Shown here: piece by piece, positions 26,906 through 37,960 of the stretch
Numbering within the stretch: position 1 is the first letter of the stretch
Layout: every line of letters begins with the position of its first letter
DNA from: a virus
Virus record (IMG/VR): IMGVR_UViG_3300029486_000002
Span: 8,787 to 72,786 of that record
DNA length: 64,000 nucleotides
Reading direction: 5' to 3' (one strand)
Program-made: the position numbers and the translations under genes
The notes under the pieces: model-generated
Databases searched by the model: none
Told to the model about the DNA's origin: nothing
The model's input: the letters and a program-made list of their open reading frames with translations, nothing else

Positions 26906-28117
26906 TTACGATTCCTCTCCAAAGTCTATTTTAAGCTGTTGGAACCTCTCGGCATACCATTGTCTGTACGATTTGCCCGAAATCCACCAGTCGTAGATGT
27001 TTTCCGCTATTTCGTTTTCCTGCTCCTCTGTCAAGCGGTCAGAAGAGGAGCTGGACGAAAACCCGTGCATTGCAAGAGACCATATTCCCGTGTTTCGCCT
27101 CTTGTTTCCGTTTTTGTCCCCAGTCGGATTGTTTGTAGAATCGAGCTGGATCCAATGTTCCGGGTCGGGATGCTTGATGTAGCCGCCTGCGTCCTGAGCA
27201 ATCCTCTGACGTTTCTGAGAGGCATCCAGTCCTTGTGGATGTTCCACCAGATGTATTCTTTTTTGAATACCCCCCCGTTTCGGATGGCCTTAATCGCCTT
27301 AATCCAGTTTCTCTTTACATGTGGATAGCGTTCGTTTTCTATCATCTTTTGCTTATGCGAACTCATTGGACAGCCGATGCAACCTATGCGGTGCCAGCCT
27401 TCGTCGTAGAGCGAGCAATGCGGAACTTTCACAACATCATTAAGAAATTCCCATACGTCTTGCTCGGTCCAATAGATAATGGGCGAAATCAGTAGACTCT
27501 CTTTGCCGTGGATGCAGCCTAACGTCTGCTCCTCGTCGGCATTGGTGATGTTCACTCCGTCCTCTCTTGACTTTCGCCTTATGCGTTTCGCCTTCTGCTC
27601 TTGTCTATACTCTTCAAGACCATCGAGGTTGCCGCTAAACTTTCGATTGTTTATCTCCACTTCGTTGCGCTTTGCCCGGCGCGAACTCTCTGCCTTACGT
27701 ATGCCGATAAGCGTAACCTTGCCAGCACCTGCCGTTTCCTTGTATTCAGCGCAGCACCAACGCACACGCATCGTCGGCAATATCTGTCTTTCTACGGCAC
27801 TTTGAAAGATGGATTTACCAGGCTTGTTTAGTTCCACCTCGGGATAGTTTTTCTTCACGAAGCGTATCACTTCGGGCGGGTCAACGCTCGTAAGATTCAT
27901 GTGACCTTGAAACCTTACCCCCCGCTAACTGTGCGATATGGTAGAGAGCCTGAGAATCTTTGCCGCCGCTAAACGCCACAAAATAACCTTGCTCGGCATC
28001 ATAGTTCAGAGCTATCTTCTCTGCTTTTTGCAGTAGCTCCACCGAGTGAAGCATTTTCTTTCGCAATCGTGCCGAAGCACGGTTTAAGGCTTCGGCAAGC
28101 GTAATTTTTATATTCAT
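26906..28117 (-). CDS. PAPS-reductase-family (PP-loop ATP pyrophosphatase-like) protein, interrupted by two apparent frameshifts
   Basis: PP-loop SGGKDS in ORF 27881-28117; the Cys motif HRIGCIGCP in ORF 27031-27900; a plausible C-terminus in ORF 26906-27247; the frame changes coincide with a C-run near 27918-27923 and a C-run/T-run near 27258-27276. Confidence 0.6.
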
Positions 28118-28331
28118 TTATTTATAAATTTGTATTATTATATTTTTACTATCAAAGTCGGCATTTAGATAAATAGGAGGCAGCGTGCCATGCTAAAGAA
28201 CTCACGAAAAGTCATCGTTACCCGAACGCAATCCGAGCGGACGGCGAACGCAATCCAATCGGACGGCGAACGGAGTCTGATCGGGCTGCGTCCAACACGA
28301 CCTTTCATCGTCTCCTCTATTAGTCCAATTA

Positions 28332-29222
28332 TCATTTATATTTTGTTTCCTTCAGTATTATATTTTTGCTCAAAATCGTATCGCAGTGCATTTCCTTATC
28401 ATGCGAATCTTCTTTCTCTTCCATGTATTCAAAGTAATCTGGCTCCTCCGGCTTTCCGCTACTGAGCAGTTCTTCATCCTCGATTTCCTGTAGGTCTTTT
28501 GTGGTAAGACCATACTTGCGAGCCATGCGCAGCTTCTCTTCCTCGGTGTAGTTCACGCGGTCGCGTTTTACGATGCTCACGTCCTGCGTGATGGCAATAC
28601 GACTCATGTCCGGCATCTCGTCCGTAGCGTCCTTCTCCTCCTGAAAGTTGCCATACACATTAGCCAAGGCTTGCATACCTTTGTCTACTGCACGATCGTT
28701 ATTCTGCTGCTTACCCGTGCGTATCAGCCATTCGGCACTGCTCAGATACATAGCCTTGTGTCGCGGACTCTCGTCGGTCTGGAAGAAACGTATCAGGTGG
28801 TTGCATACCAGCACGTCGTTGTTGAGCTCCGTGACGGTACGCGGGCAGATATTGCCCTCGTCGTCGAGAGTAATCTTCAGCGCAAGCACATACTCCTGCG
28901 CCTCCTTATTGCTCTGCGCTGCCTGGTTGAAGAACATCTCATAGTCACGTCGGGCGATATTGCGGCACACCGTCCGAGGGTCGATGTCCTTGTTTTGCAC
29001 CCATCGCTTGTAAAACTCCGAGCATATCTGCATACGGTAGCGTTGCTCCAGCTTTGGGAACGCCGTTTCTATACTTGTGCCGTAACTCAACCATTTGTCA
29101 ATGCGGGCGAGCGTGTTTTGTGTAAGTCCTGACATATCATCATTAGTTTTTTTGTTTCTTGCCTTAAAGTTACAATATTGCCCGTCCTCCATACGGACAT
29201 ACTTAATCTCCCCGCACCCCAC
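28332..29222 (-). CDS. hypothetical protein, first gene of the leftward packaging operon (possible small terminase, by position only)
   Basis: ORF track, 296 aa; operon order 29222 -> 23985 ends in terL. Confidence 0.4.
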   Translation of the reverse strand: MGCGEIKYVRMEDGQYCNFKARNKKTNDDMSGLTQNTLARIDKWLSYGTSIETAFPKLEQRYRMQICSEFYKRWVQNKDIDPRTVCRNIARRDYEMFFNQAAQSNKEAQEYVLALKITLDDEGNICPRTVTELNNDVLVCNHLIRFFQTDESPRHKAMYLSSAEWLIRTGKQQNNDRAVDKGMQALANVYGNFQEEKDATDEMPDMSRIAITQDVSIVKRDRVNYTEEEKLRMARKYGLTTKDLQEIEDEELLSSGKPEEPDYFEYMEEKEDSHDKEMHCDTILSKNIILKETKYK

Positions 29223-29303
29223 AATGTCCGTTATGTGTAGTAACTAATCAGTAAATTTGTTGTATAAAATTCAGGACATCAACACAAAAACACAACACAA
29301 AAC

Positions 29304-29819
29304 ATGAACAATCCATTCTACGTTTCGCGAGCCATTGCCGCAGTGCTCGGCTTGCTGTGGGTTCACATCGAACCCTCGGTCAATTTTATCACCGTGTGCT
29401 TCTTCGCCCTCATCATCGACTGCTATACGGCATGGCGGTGCAACCGTCGCATCTACCAAAGATACCGCGAAGAGATAAAGCGCAACCCGAAGTGCAAGAT
29501 GGACGGCAAGCTGCGCTCCAAGAAGATGGCAAAGATGGTGTGGACGTTCTCGGTCTTAATCATGTGCATCTGCCTCGCCTCATATCTCGACCGTAACATT
29601 CTTGGCTATATGAACACCCACCTCGCCAACCAGCTCACCGCCATGTACTGCCTCGTGCAGTTCGTCAGCATACTCGAAAACGAGAGCACCTGCAACGGAG
29701 CGGCTTGGGCAAGAGTATTGCAAAAGATTGTGGCAGACAAGACCGAGCGACACTTCAACGTGAAACTGAAAGAACTGATGAAGGACAAGGAGGAAGCGGA
29801 GGAAGCAGCAAAAGAATGA
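29304..29819 (+). CDS. multi-pass small membrane protein (holin-like candidate)
   Basis: 3-4 hydrophobic helices (AIAAVLGLLWV, ITVCFFALIIDCY, VWTFSVLIMCICLASYL, MYCLVQFVSIL) and a charged C-terminal tail; 171 aa. Confidence 0.4.
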   Translation: MNNPFYVSRAIAAVLGLLWVHIEPSVNFITVCFFALIIDCYTAWRCNRRIYQRYREEIKRNPKCKMDGKLRSKKMAKMVWTFSVLIMCICLASYLDRNILGYMNTHLANQLTAMYCLVQFVSILENESTCNGAAWARVLQKIVADKTERHFNVKLKELMKDKEEAEEAAKE

Positions 29820-29841
29820 CAAAACAAAACTAAGCAGCATT

Positions 29842-30432
29842 ATGACAATAAGCAATATCCTTGAGCATTGGGCTTCCATCTATAAGCCCCTATCTCACAA
29901 CCCCGAAAGCGAACGCCTCGAAGACCAGAGCTTCTTCCGCATCCGCTACATTGACCTTGAGAACATTTTCTCCCGGAACGCCAACATTGTTCATTCACCG
30001 TGTATGCTTCAGAGTGTAATTACTACGGGAGAACTCGTTGACGCTCGCAAGGCAGTAGTATCTCACCAGGTGTGGTTTCTCTTGAAACTAAAAGATGCTC
30101 CGCAGACCCTCGGTCGTTATAGCGGTACACAGCTCGAACGTGCCACAAGCGACCTTGTGGAGTATTGTGAGCAACTTGTTTCATGGCTCTTTGAAGTGAA
30201 GCGTACGGGCGTTTGCCCCGTCACCAAACGCAGTTTTGCTGACGATGCGCAACTTCTTGCCGAACTTCGCAGCATCGACCCCGAATCTGTATCGTTTGGC
30301 GTTATGCCCGACATCTATGCTAACCAGTGGCTCATAGCAGGAGTGGACTGGAAGAGTCTCAAGCCGCTTTTTTCTTTTCAATGTGGCATGAACGGGCAGT
30401 ATATTCTGCCCAAGGACAACAGTCAAGAATAG
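29842..30432 (+). CDS. hypothetical protein (196 aa)
   Basis: ORF track. Confidence 0.45.
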   Translation: MTISNILEHWASIYKPLSHNPESERLEDQSFFRIRYIDLENIFSRNANIVHSPCMLQSVITTGELVDARKAVVSHQVWFLLKLKDAPQTLGRYSGTQLERATSDLVEYCEQLVSWLFEVKRTGVCPVTKRSFADDAQLLAELRSIDPESVSFGVMPDIYANQWLIAGVDWKSLKPLFSFQCGMNGQYILPKDNSQE

Positions 30433-30442
30433 GAGGTAGGTT

Positions 30443-31018
30443 ATGGCAAGATTTATCTCTCCAGTACAATCGCCCTTCGCTCCATTGTCGCGTATCGCGC
30501 CGCTGTATCTCAGTCAGACCCTCATGGACCTTGAGGCAAACATGCAGGCACAACGCTTTTATCCAACAGAAGTATATCGAGGTTACGAGGAGATAAACCA
30601 ATACCGTAGAGAGCACGGTATGTGGTGGTCTACGGGCGAGGGAGCAAAGTCGTTCGATGGACATATCTATCAGGCAGATGATACGTCGGGGTTGCTCACG
30701 GTAGGCATCCGCTACAATGACTATCTGCGCTACGTTGACCTTGGTGTCGGCTTGACAGGACACCCGTCCGACCCTGCCGCCCATATTACAGCAGACGTGG
30801 TAGATCGTCAACGTCCGGCAAGAAACGCCAAACGTTACATTCGTGGCAAATGGAATCGTAGGCAGGGTAAGTCACACCGTCCTGCCATCCTACGAACCAT
30901 TCGCCGACTGCGTGACCGATACCGCAACTATCTTGCCGACTTCTATGGCTATCAAGGAGCTATAGATATTATACAAGCTCTCGAAGGCTTTGGCGAACAC
31001 GCCAAGTCTACATTCTAA
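30443..31018 (+). CDS. hypothetical protein (191 aa) immediately upstream of the tape measure gene
   Basis: ORF track; the position is typical for tail assembly chaperones. Confidence 0.45.
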   Translation: MARFISPVQSPFAPLSRIAPLYLSQTLMDLEANMQAQRFYPTEVYRGYEEINQYRREHGMWWSTGEGAKSFDGHIYQADDTSGLLTVGIRYNDYLRYVDLGVGLTGHPSDPAAHITADVVDRQRPARNAKRYIRGKWNRRQGKSHRPAILRTIRRLRDRYRNYLADFYGYQGAIDIIQALEGFGEHAKSTF

Positions 31019-31043
31019 ACACTAACACAACACAAAAACAGAT

Positions 31044-34000
31044 ATGGCAAATTTGAAGACCGAAGTAATCCTTACGATGAACGGCAAGGCTGCTATCCAG
31101 GTGCTCGAAGCCCTGAGAGATAAAGCCAAGTCAGTGAGAGAGGAAATAGACCATCTCGACGAGAAAGCCCCCGATTTCAAGCAGCGCAAAGCCGGGCTGG
31201 AAGAAGTGTATAAGGCTTTGCAGTCAGCTGAAACGGATGTTATAAAAGGCACGGAGCGACTGGACCATGCCCTTCAGAATCTTACATCAACATCACTCCA
31301 AAACCTCCGCAAGGCTTTGGGCGACGGTCGTCGTCAGTTGCAAAGTCTGTCAGAAGATGAGCTGAAGGAAAACGAGGAAATACGCAAGAAAATGAAGCAG
31401 GTGGGCGACCAGGTCCGCTTGCTTGAAGGTCAGTATGTCAAGATCCCCGATGGATTAAAGAATATAAAGAACCAGTCAGACCAATGGCTCGACAAGGCCA
31501 TCAAGCAACAACGCGACCTCGTAGGCTCATTGGAAAAATCGGATGCGTCGTATCAGCAGAATCTCGCCACATTGAAGCAGCTGGAAGCCGAGGAGGATAG
31601 ACGCAAGGGCAAGATGAGCGTGTTGGAGGCACGTCAGACTGTAAGCAATGGTAATGCTTCGGCATCTGATTTGCGTCGAGCCAAGGCTACACTTACCGAG
31701 AAGCGCGACAATACGCCTACTAAGTACTACGATGAAATTGGAGACTATAACCGCGAACTTCAGGAGATAGAGAAGCGACTGGAGGCTGTGTCGGGCAAGA
31801 CTCAGAAAGCATCAATGAGTTGGAAGCAGATGAAGCAGGTATTGGCTGAACCCAACAAGGCTTCGGGCGAAGATATAAAGCGTACAATGGAAGTGATACA
31901 GCAGAAGATACAGCAGCTTCCTGCTGGCAGCAAGTATGTAGCCGACCTTCGTCGCCAATACTCCATGCTCGAACAGACTCTCAAGGGTACACGTATGTCG
32001 CAGAGTGCCCTCAACGACATTCTCACTCGTAGCAAGCAGGGTAAGGCTTCCCTCGACGAACTGCGCCGTGCTTACAAGCAACTCGAAGAGGAACTAAACC
32101 AAATCAACACCAAGAGCAAGGAGTTTGCCGATAAGCAGAAGTCGATGAAGGAGCTGAAGAAGAACATCGACGAGGTGACGGGTGCAGCCAACAAGCTGAG
32201 TGGGGCATGGCATACAGCACTGAAGAACCTCACGGCATACGTTGGATTGTTTGCAGCGTTCAACAAGGCGAAAGAACTTGTGACGGGTGCCATTAAGAAG
32301 AATTTGGAGTATTCAGGTTCGTTGACCGACATCCGTAAGGTCAGCGGTCTGACTATGGAGGAAGTAAAAAAACTCTCTACTGAGTTGGCCAAAATAGACA
32401 CCAGAACATCCGTTGATGGACTGGCACAGCTCGCGTACCAGGGTGCGAAGCTCGGTATGGGCAAGTATGGTGTTGAAGGTATGGCCCAGTTCGTAAGAGC
32501 CGCGGATCAAATCAATGTAGCCATTGGTGAGGAGATGGGCGAGGAAGCTCTTCCGGCACTCTCTAAGATGGTGGAAGTTATGGGACTTATTCCGAAAATG
32601 GGTATCGAGAAGGCTATGGAGGCTACAGGCTCTGCCATGTTTAAGTTGTCTTCTACGAGCACATCTACTTCCAACGACATTGTGGAATTTTCTAAGCGAC
32701 TGACGGGTGTTGCTCGTACCGCGGGTATCACAACCGACCAGTTGCTCGCCCTCGGTTCGGCAAGTTCTTCGATGATGCTTATGCCGGAGGTGGCTTCTAC
32801 GGCTATGGGTAAGTTTATCGTAGCTTTGCAGAAAAACCACAACCTTATTGCAAAGGAACTCGGCATACCCGACGAGACCATTAAGAACCTCTATGCGTCG
32901 GGTCACGCTATGGATGCTATCGTGCTTGTACTTGAGAAGATGCGCGACAAGGGTAATATGAATGCCTTGGGCGGAATTTTTAAGGACCTCGGCTCTGACG
33001 GTCAGCGACTCGTTACCGCTATGGTTACGATGTCGAAGAACGTGGATATGCTCAAGGATCATCTCTACGAGTCGGAAGAGGCATTCCGTGAAGCCACAGC
33101 CGTAGGTAAAGAATACTCGATGCAGCAGCAGAGTGCCATCGGTATTCTCGAAAGAGCTAACAACCTTTGGGAAAAGGCGTTTGTCAATCCTGACGGTGTA
33201 GACGCTGTAAAGGGTATGGCGGAATGGTGGTATGAGATGTCGGCAACGATGACAAGCAGTCCGTTACTGAAAGGCACATTGCTTGTTTCTCTTCAGATGG
33301 TTCTTATAGCATTGAAAGCCGTAGCGTCCCTTTTGCCGGTAATCATTGGCTATATAGCTTCACAGGGTCTTTATTCTGGTTTGACCCTTCTGTGGCAATA
33401 CTTGACAGCACTGGGCGTAGCGGTAAAGAGTATGTTTCAATATGCAAGAGCTCTCTTCACGGCTAATGCAGCGCAAAGCACGTTGAACAAGACTATGAAG
33501 CTAAACCCCTGGATAGCTCTCGCGAGTGTCATTGTCGGCGTGGCAGGAGCTATATATGGATATACACAACGTGCAAAGGAGGCGGCTGAAGCAGCGAAGG
33601 AAGCTGAGAGACAGGCAAACGCATGGAAATCCACCCTCGGTCAGGCAGCGATAGAAACGGAAAACTTGAAGGATAAGCTCAAGAACTATAAGCGAATGTT
33701 GAGCGAGGCAAACCTTTCACAAAAGGACCGTCAAGGTCTTATCTCAAGATTTAACAGTGATTTCCGCTCGTACATCAATAATCTCGGCATTGAGATAAAA
33801 AACGTCAAGGATTTACGCGACCATTATGCCGATTTGGCGCAGGAGGCCGAAAGAGCTACCTATTATCGTATGCGTGAGCAAGCAAAGCAAAAGGCCTTGC
33901 CTAAGCTGGACAATGACGTAAACACGGCTTCCAATGCAGTTATGGAGAATATAACGAAGTTGGGATTAGACAAACTCGGTGTGAAGTTTAAGGATATATA

Positions 34001-37000
34001 CCGGTGGGTGAAAGCAGGAATGAGTGCCAAAGACATTACTCTGAAACTGGCGAAAATGTTACCGAGGGAAAAGACAGGATTGGTTGATGGGCTTAACTGG
34101 AAGATAGGCAAGGAGGGTTACATCTACCGTGATACCTATGATAAAGACCATAAAGCTGCCCCCGCTACTGACTTTCAAACGCAGACTGAACTCGCCGAAA
34201 TGTATCGCGACAACCTCTGGTTTGTCAATGCTTACAAAAGGAAAGCAAAGAAATTAAAGCAGATTAACAAGGCTTTCATCAACTGGGTGGACGATGACTA
34301 CCAACCAACTCCTCCCGAGACACCCGGTACTCTCGAAAACAACGCTCCCGATAAGGACGCTATTGCACAGGAAAAACGAGACAAGCGCGACCGTGAGCGT
34401 GCTTGGCGTGAGGAGTTGAAGCAGAAGCAGGATCAGGCGAAGGCTATCATGGATGACGTGGACAACTACTACGACCGTCAGATTAACGCTAAGTTGGCTC
34501 AAGCCATGTCTCTTAATATGGATAAGACCGAGCAGGAACAGTTAGTTCTTCTTTTGAGGCAAAAAAAAGAAATTGCTCGTTCGCAGGTGCGTCTTGCTGT
34601 TGCAGGTAAACCGAATAAGTGGGAGGATGCGAAGAAGATGATGACTGCTGATATGGTGGAGCAAGCAGATGAGACGGGTGTAAATCTTTCGGAAAATTTG
34701 CTTGACGGTATATTGAACAACAATATCGGCAATCTACGCAAACTCATGGAGCAGTTTGGTAAAAATCTCGGTTTGTCTATGAACTCCATCACGGCAGAGA
34801 TTTTTGCAAAAGCCACTCGTAGCGAGCAGAAAATTCTGAAAATGAACCTCAAGCAGATGGAGGCTCGCCGTAAGATTGCTATGGAGCATGACTATACGGG
34901 CATTGTTCAGCAGAACTCGTATGACAGCTTTAACGAAATGGGTTTTGCAGCCCCTACGAAGGAAGAGACTACTGTCACCAAAAAAATGGTTGATGGAAAG
35001 GAGATTCTTGATACGTCTGCTTTTGATAAGCGCAGAAAAGCTATTAAGGATATGTACGAGACAGCTCGCAAGGAACTCGCCCAGCTATATACCATTGATG
35101 TATCAACAACGGATGGTAAGGGAATGCTGATGAAGATGCTCTTTGGCGATGATCCTGACGGTATGGCTGCTCGAATAAAAGCGTCATTGGGCGAAAGCGA
35201 GGAAAGCTGGAAGGCTTTTTACTTGAATCTTATCCAGTATTCGGATAATTACGCGGAAGCCGAAAAGAAAAAGTACGACTCGACAAAGAAAATCTTAGAT
35301 TTCTGGTGGTCTTCCAATAAGCGCAATCTTGCCCAGCAGGACAAATTGCGCAAAATACAGAATGAGAGCAATCTTTTCGGCAAACGCACAAACCTTCTTT
35401 CTAATCTCGGTCTCGCCAATCTTACAGCCGACCCTGAGATTGAATTGATGAAGGCTCGTATGCAAGCAGCTGAAGATTATTACGCCTTTGTGGAACGTAA
35501 CACGAAGAACAAGCAGCTTATCGACGAAGCCGAACGTGCTCGTCAGGAGGCGGAACTTGCTTATGCCAATCAGATGGCAACAGCCATGAAGTCGCGTCTC
35601 TCACAGATGAAGGAACTCGTACAGCCCATCGAGGATTTCGGTGCTGCCGTAGGACAGGCTCTTGCCGAGATGCGCTACGATGCCGAGAGTGCAAACGACG
35701 CTATTAGGTCTGCCCTTAAATCCATGCTAGAATCATGGGGAAAGATGGCTCTCAACGATGTCAACACGCAGATGTGGAAAGCCATTAATGACGCAGCAGC
35801 CAAGCGAGGAAAGAAAAACGCACAGCCCGACATTGAGGCGGCGCGTGCTAATGCCGACGCTAATGCGGTAACGATGAATACGTCGGATATTGGCACGGCG
35901 GGTAATCCTGCTCATGTAATAGTGGATAATGAAACAATGCCATCGGATTCTATGTCGGACAAAAAGACAGATGTCGTTGTGCACTCGGAACCTGGTGGAC
36001 CTGATGCGCTTCCCACGGTTGCTCACAAGGATTTGCCTGCACCGGCTTCTCCTATTTTGGTACCAAACAATACCGAAAGGCATGGGGCAGGAGGGCTTTT
36101 TAAGAGTGTCGCCCCCGACACTCTGCCTTCTTATCCGTCGAAAGACAAAGTTAGCGCAGAACTCCCCGTAACAATAAAAGATGATAATGTTGTTGACTCT
36201 CGTTCTAATTCTCAGGAAAAGTCGGATTTGCAGCACGATTCTCTTTCGCGCGTAGAAGAGAAGAGAAGGGGTAATTTCCCATCTGATTTTCATCCCGATC
36301 TATACCCTGAGATTGCAGGCAATTCAAAGAAAGAAAGTCCTGTACCTTCGGTTGATACAAAAAAATACGAACCGCAGGCAAACGCAGCACTAAAGCGTGC
36401 GCATAATAACAATAACCTTCAAAATGAAGAACGTCGGGAGGGTGTTGTTGGTTTAGGCGATATACAAGAAAATGTTCGAGGTCTTTTAGAAGTTGCTAAG
36501 GATTTACAAAGCAAGGTCTCGGATAGAACAGATAGCAATGTTGGTAGTCCGGCGGAACAAACAGAGGAATCGGATTCTTCTGCAAATTCCACGTCGTATT
36601 TCGATCCTGCTCATCGCACACAAAAAGCCTTGCCCGCAGATGCTCAGGAATCTCAAGGCAAAGTTCGCAAATCGCCTTCAAATCAAAAACAAGGTTCTCC
36701 AGCGTTAAAGGGCGTAGCAGAACAGGCAGGAGATTCTTTTGCTGATGCTATTACGGGACAATCTTCCTTTGCTGAAGCAGGTGCAGGAATTGTAATGGGC
36801 GGAGTAAATGCTGCTCTTAATGCAGATCTCGGTGACAGTAAGAAGAAAAAGAAAGAGGAAAAGCAGCGCAAAAAACAGCTTCGAGAAGAGAAGAAGCACC
36901 AAAAAGCTCTTTCCAAAGAGGTTAAGCAGGGCACAAAGGAGCGCGAGAAGACTACCGACAAGGGCGTGAAGAATATGACCGTCGCAACGGAGCAAGGAAA

Positions 37001-37838
37001 TAAAGAGCAGAGTAAAGGCACAGAGGCTGCACAGCAGACTATGCTTAGTGCAACAGATGGAGTTCTTAACGCTACTCTCGTTGCGAAACAAAAAAACAAT
37101 GATGCTGTTGTACAATCGGATGCAGCGCGTACTGAAAGCGAGGTGACATTCTCTATCGCTGGAGCAATGGCAAAGTGCTTTGAGTTCTTAGGTCCGATCG
37201 CTGGTCCTATTGCCGCTGCCGTAGTCATGTCAACTCTTATGGGACTTCTTCAGTGGGCTTTAAGTTCAGCTCTTGGTGGAGGAAAGAAGAAGAACTCAAC
37301 CAAGGGTCCTAATACTAAGGTCGTATCTGGTATGCTTACCTACGATTCCGGCAACGTGCAAGACCTTCGTCCGTTTGTCGGCAACGATGGTAGTCTCTAT
37401 TGGGCAACCGAGGACGACAAACCACACAACGGTGTGTCGCTCCTCACTCAGCCTACCGCTACCACCATTAACGGCCGTCCGTCGTTGGTAGCCGAGAACG
37501 GTCCCGAGTTGGTAATCGGACGTGAGACTACGCAAGCAATGATGATGAATAATCCGCAACTGCTGAAGGCTCTCGTCAATTACGACCGCAACTATTCCGG
37601 TCGCCGCGCCTACGACACTGGCAATATAGCCGAGACAAGCCCCACAATCGCCGCAGGAACTTCCGTAACTGATGAAATGGAGTCTTACCAAGCAAACACC
37701 AACGTCGCCCTTCTGCAAGCCGTAAACACGCTCCTGCAACGCCTGGAGCGACCTATTGAGGCAAAGATTGATATGTACGGCCGTGGCAAACTCTATGACA
37801 GCATGACAAAGGCCAATCAGTTTATGAAGAACAAATAG
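31044..37838 (+). CDS. tail tape measure protein (2264 aa)
   Basis: Long coiled-coil N-terminus; central TMP-like hydrophobic block (GITTDQLLALGSASSSMMLMPEVASTAMGKFIVALQ; LLKGTLLVSLQMVLIALKAVASLLPVIIGYIASQ); Lys/Glu-rich repeats; distinct C-terminal domain. Confidence 0.7.
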   Translation: MANLKTEVILTMNGKAAIQVLEALRDKAKSVREEIDHLDEKAPDFKQRKAGLEEVYKALQSAETDVIKGTERLDHALQNLTSTSLQNLRKALGDGRRQLQSLSEDELKENEEIRKKMKQVGDQVRLLEGQYVKIPDGLKNIKNQSDQWLDKAIKQQRDLVGSLEKSDASYQQNLATLKQLEAEEDRRKGKMSVLEARQTVSNGNASASDLRRAKATLTEKRDNTPTKYYDEIGDYNRELQEIEKRLEAVSGKTQKASMSWKQMKQVLAEPNKASGEDIKRTMEVIQQKIQQLPAGSKYVADLRRQYSMLEQTLKGTRMSQSALNDILTRSKQGKASLDELRRAYKQLEEELNQINTKSKEFADKQKSMKELKKNIDEVTGAANKLSGAWHTALKNLTAYVGLFAAFNKAKELVTGAIKKNLEYSGSLTDIRKVSGLTMEEVKKLSTELAKIDTRTSVDGLAQLAYQGAKLGMGKYGVEGMAQFVRAADQINVAIGEEMGEEALPALSKMVEVMGLIPKMGIEKAMEATGSAMFKLSSTSTSTSNDIVEFSKRLTGVARTAGITTDQLLALGSASSSMMLMPEVASTAMGKFIVALQKNHNLIAKELGIPDETIKNLYASGHAMDAIVLVLEKMRDKGNMNALGGIFKDLGSDGQRLVTAMVTMSKNVDMLKDHLYESEEAFREATAVGKEYSMQQQSAIGILERANNLWEKAFVNPDGVDAVKGMAEWWYEMSATMTSSPLLKGTLLVSLQMVLIALKAVASLLPVIIGYIASQGLYSGLTLLWQYLTALGVAVKSMFQYARALFTANAAQSTLNKTMKLNPWIALASVIVGVAGAIYGYTQRAKEAAEAAKEAERQANAWKSTLGQAAIETENLKDKLKNYKRMLSEANLSQKDRQGLISRFNSDFRSYINNLGIEIKNVKDLRDHYADLAQEAERATYYRMREQAKQKALPKLDNDVNTASNAVMENITKLGLDKLGVKFKDIYRWVKAGMSAKDITLKLAKMLPREKTGLVDGLNWKIGKEGYIYRDTYDKDHKAAPATDFQTQTELAEMYRDNLWFVNAYKRKAKKLKQINKAFINWVDDDYQPTPPETPGTLENNAPDKDAIAQEKRDKRDRERAWREELKQKQDQAKAIMDDVDNYYDRQINAKLAQAMSLNMDKTEQEQLVLLLRQKKEIARSQVRLAVAGKPNKWEDAKKMMTADMVEQADETGVNLSENLLDGILNNNIGNLRKLMEQFGKNLGLSMNSITAEIFAKATRSEQKILKMNLKQMEARRKIAMEHDYTGIVQQNSYDSFNEMGFAAPTKEETTVTKKMVDGKEILDTSAFDKRRKAIKDMYETARKELAQLYTIDVSTTDGKGMLMKMLFGDDPDGMAARIKASLGESEESWKAFYLNLIQYSDNYAEAEKKKYDSTKKILDFWWSSNKRNLAQQDKLRKIQNESNLFGKRTNLLSNLGLANLTADPEIELMKARMQAAEDYYAFVERNTKNKQLIDEAERARQEAELAYANQMATAMKSRLSQMKELVQPIEDFGAAVGQALAEMRYDAESANDAIRSALKSMLESWGKMALNDVNTQMWKAINDAAAKRGKKNAQPDIEAARANADANAVTMNTSDIGTAGNPAHVIVDNETMPSDSMSDKKTDVVVHSEPGGPDALPTVAHKDLPAPASPILVPNNTERHGAGGLFKSVAPDTLPSYPSKDKVSAELPVTIKDDNVVDSRSNSQEKSDLQHDSLSRVEEKRRGNFPSDFHPDLYPEIAGNSKKESPVPSVDTKKYEPQANAALKRAHNNNNLQNEERREGVVGLGDIQENVRGLLEVAKDLQSKVSDRTDSNVGSPAEQTEESDSSANSTSYFDPAHRTQKALPADAQESQGKVRKSPSNQKQGSPALKGVAEQAGDSFADAITGQSSFAEAGAGIVMGGVNAALNADLGDSKKKKKEEKQRKKQLREEKKHQKALSKEVKQGTKEREKTTDKGVKNMTVATEQGNKEQSKGTEAAQQTMLSATDGVLNATLVAKQKNNDAVVQSDAARTESEVTFSIAGAMAKCFEFLGPIAGPIAAAVVMSTLMGLLQWALSSALGGGKKKNSTKGPNTKVVSGMLTYDSGNVQDLRPFVGNDGSLYWATEDDKPHNGVSLLTQPTATTINGRPSLVAENGPELVIGRETTQAMMMNNPQLLKALVNYDRNYSGRRAYDTGNIAETSPTIAAGTSVTDEMESYQANTNVALLQAVNTLLQRLERPIEAKIDMYGRGKLYDSMTKANQFMKNK

Positions 37839-37923
37839 CCTTCCGTAAGCTGCCTTTGCAGTAATTCGCAAGTAGTAAAGCATTTCTCTTGCGCTATTTT
37901 TCGTAATCAACAAAGCATTTATT

Positions 37924-37960
37924 AGGTCGTCACGCCGTTAGGCGAGGCGACCTTTTTCTT
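37924..37960 (+). terminator. rho-independent terminator AGGTCG...CGACCT + T-run after the tape measure gene
   Basis: 6-bp perfect stem, a GC-rich loop region, TTTTTCTTTTG. Confidence 0.55.
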
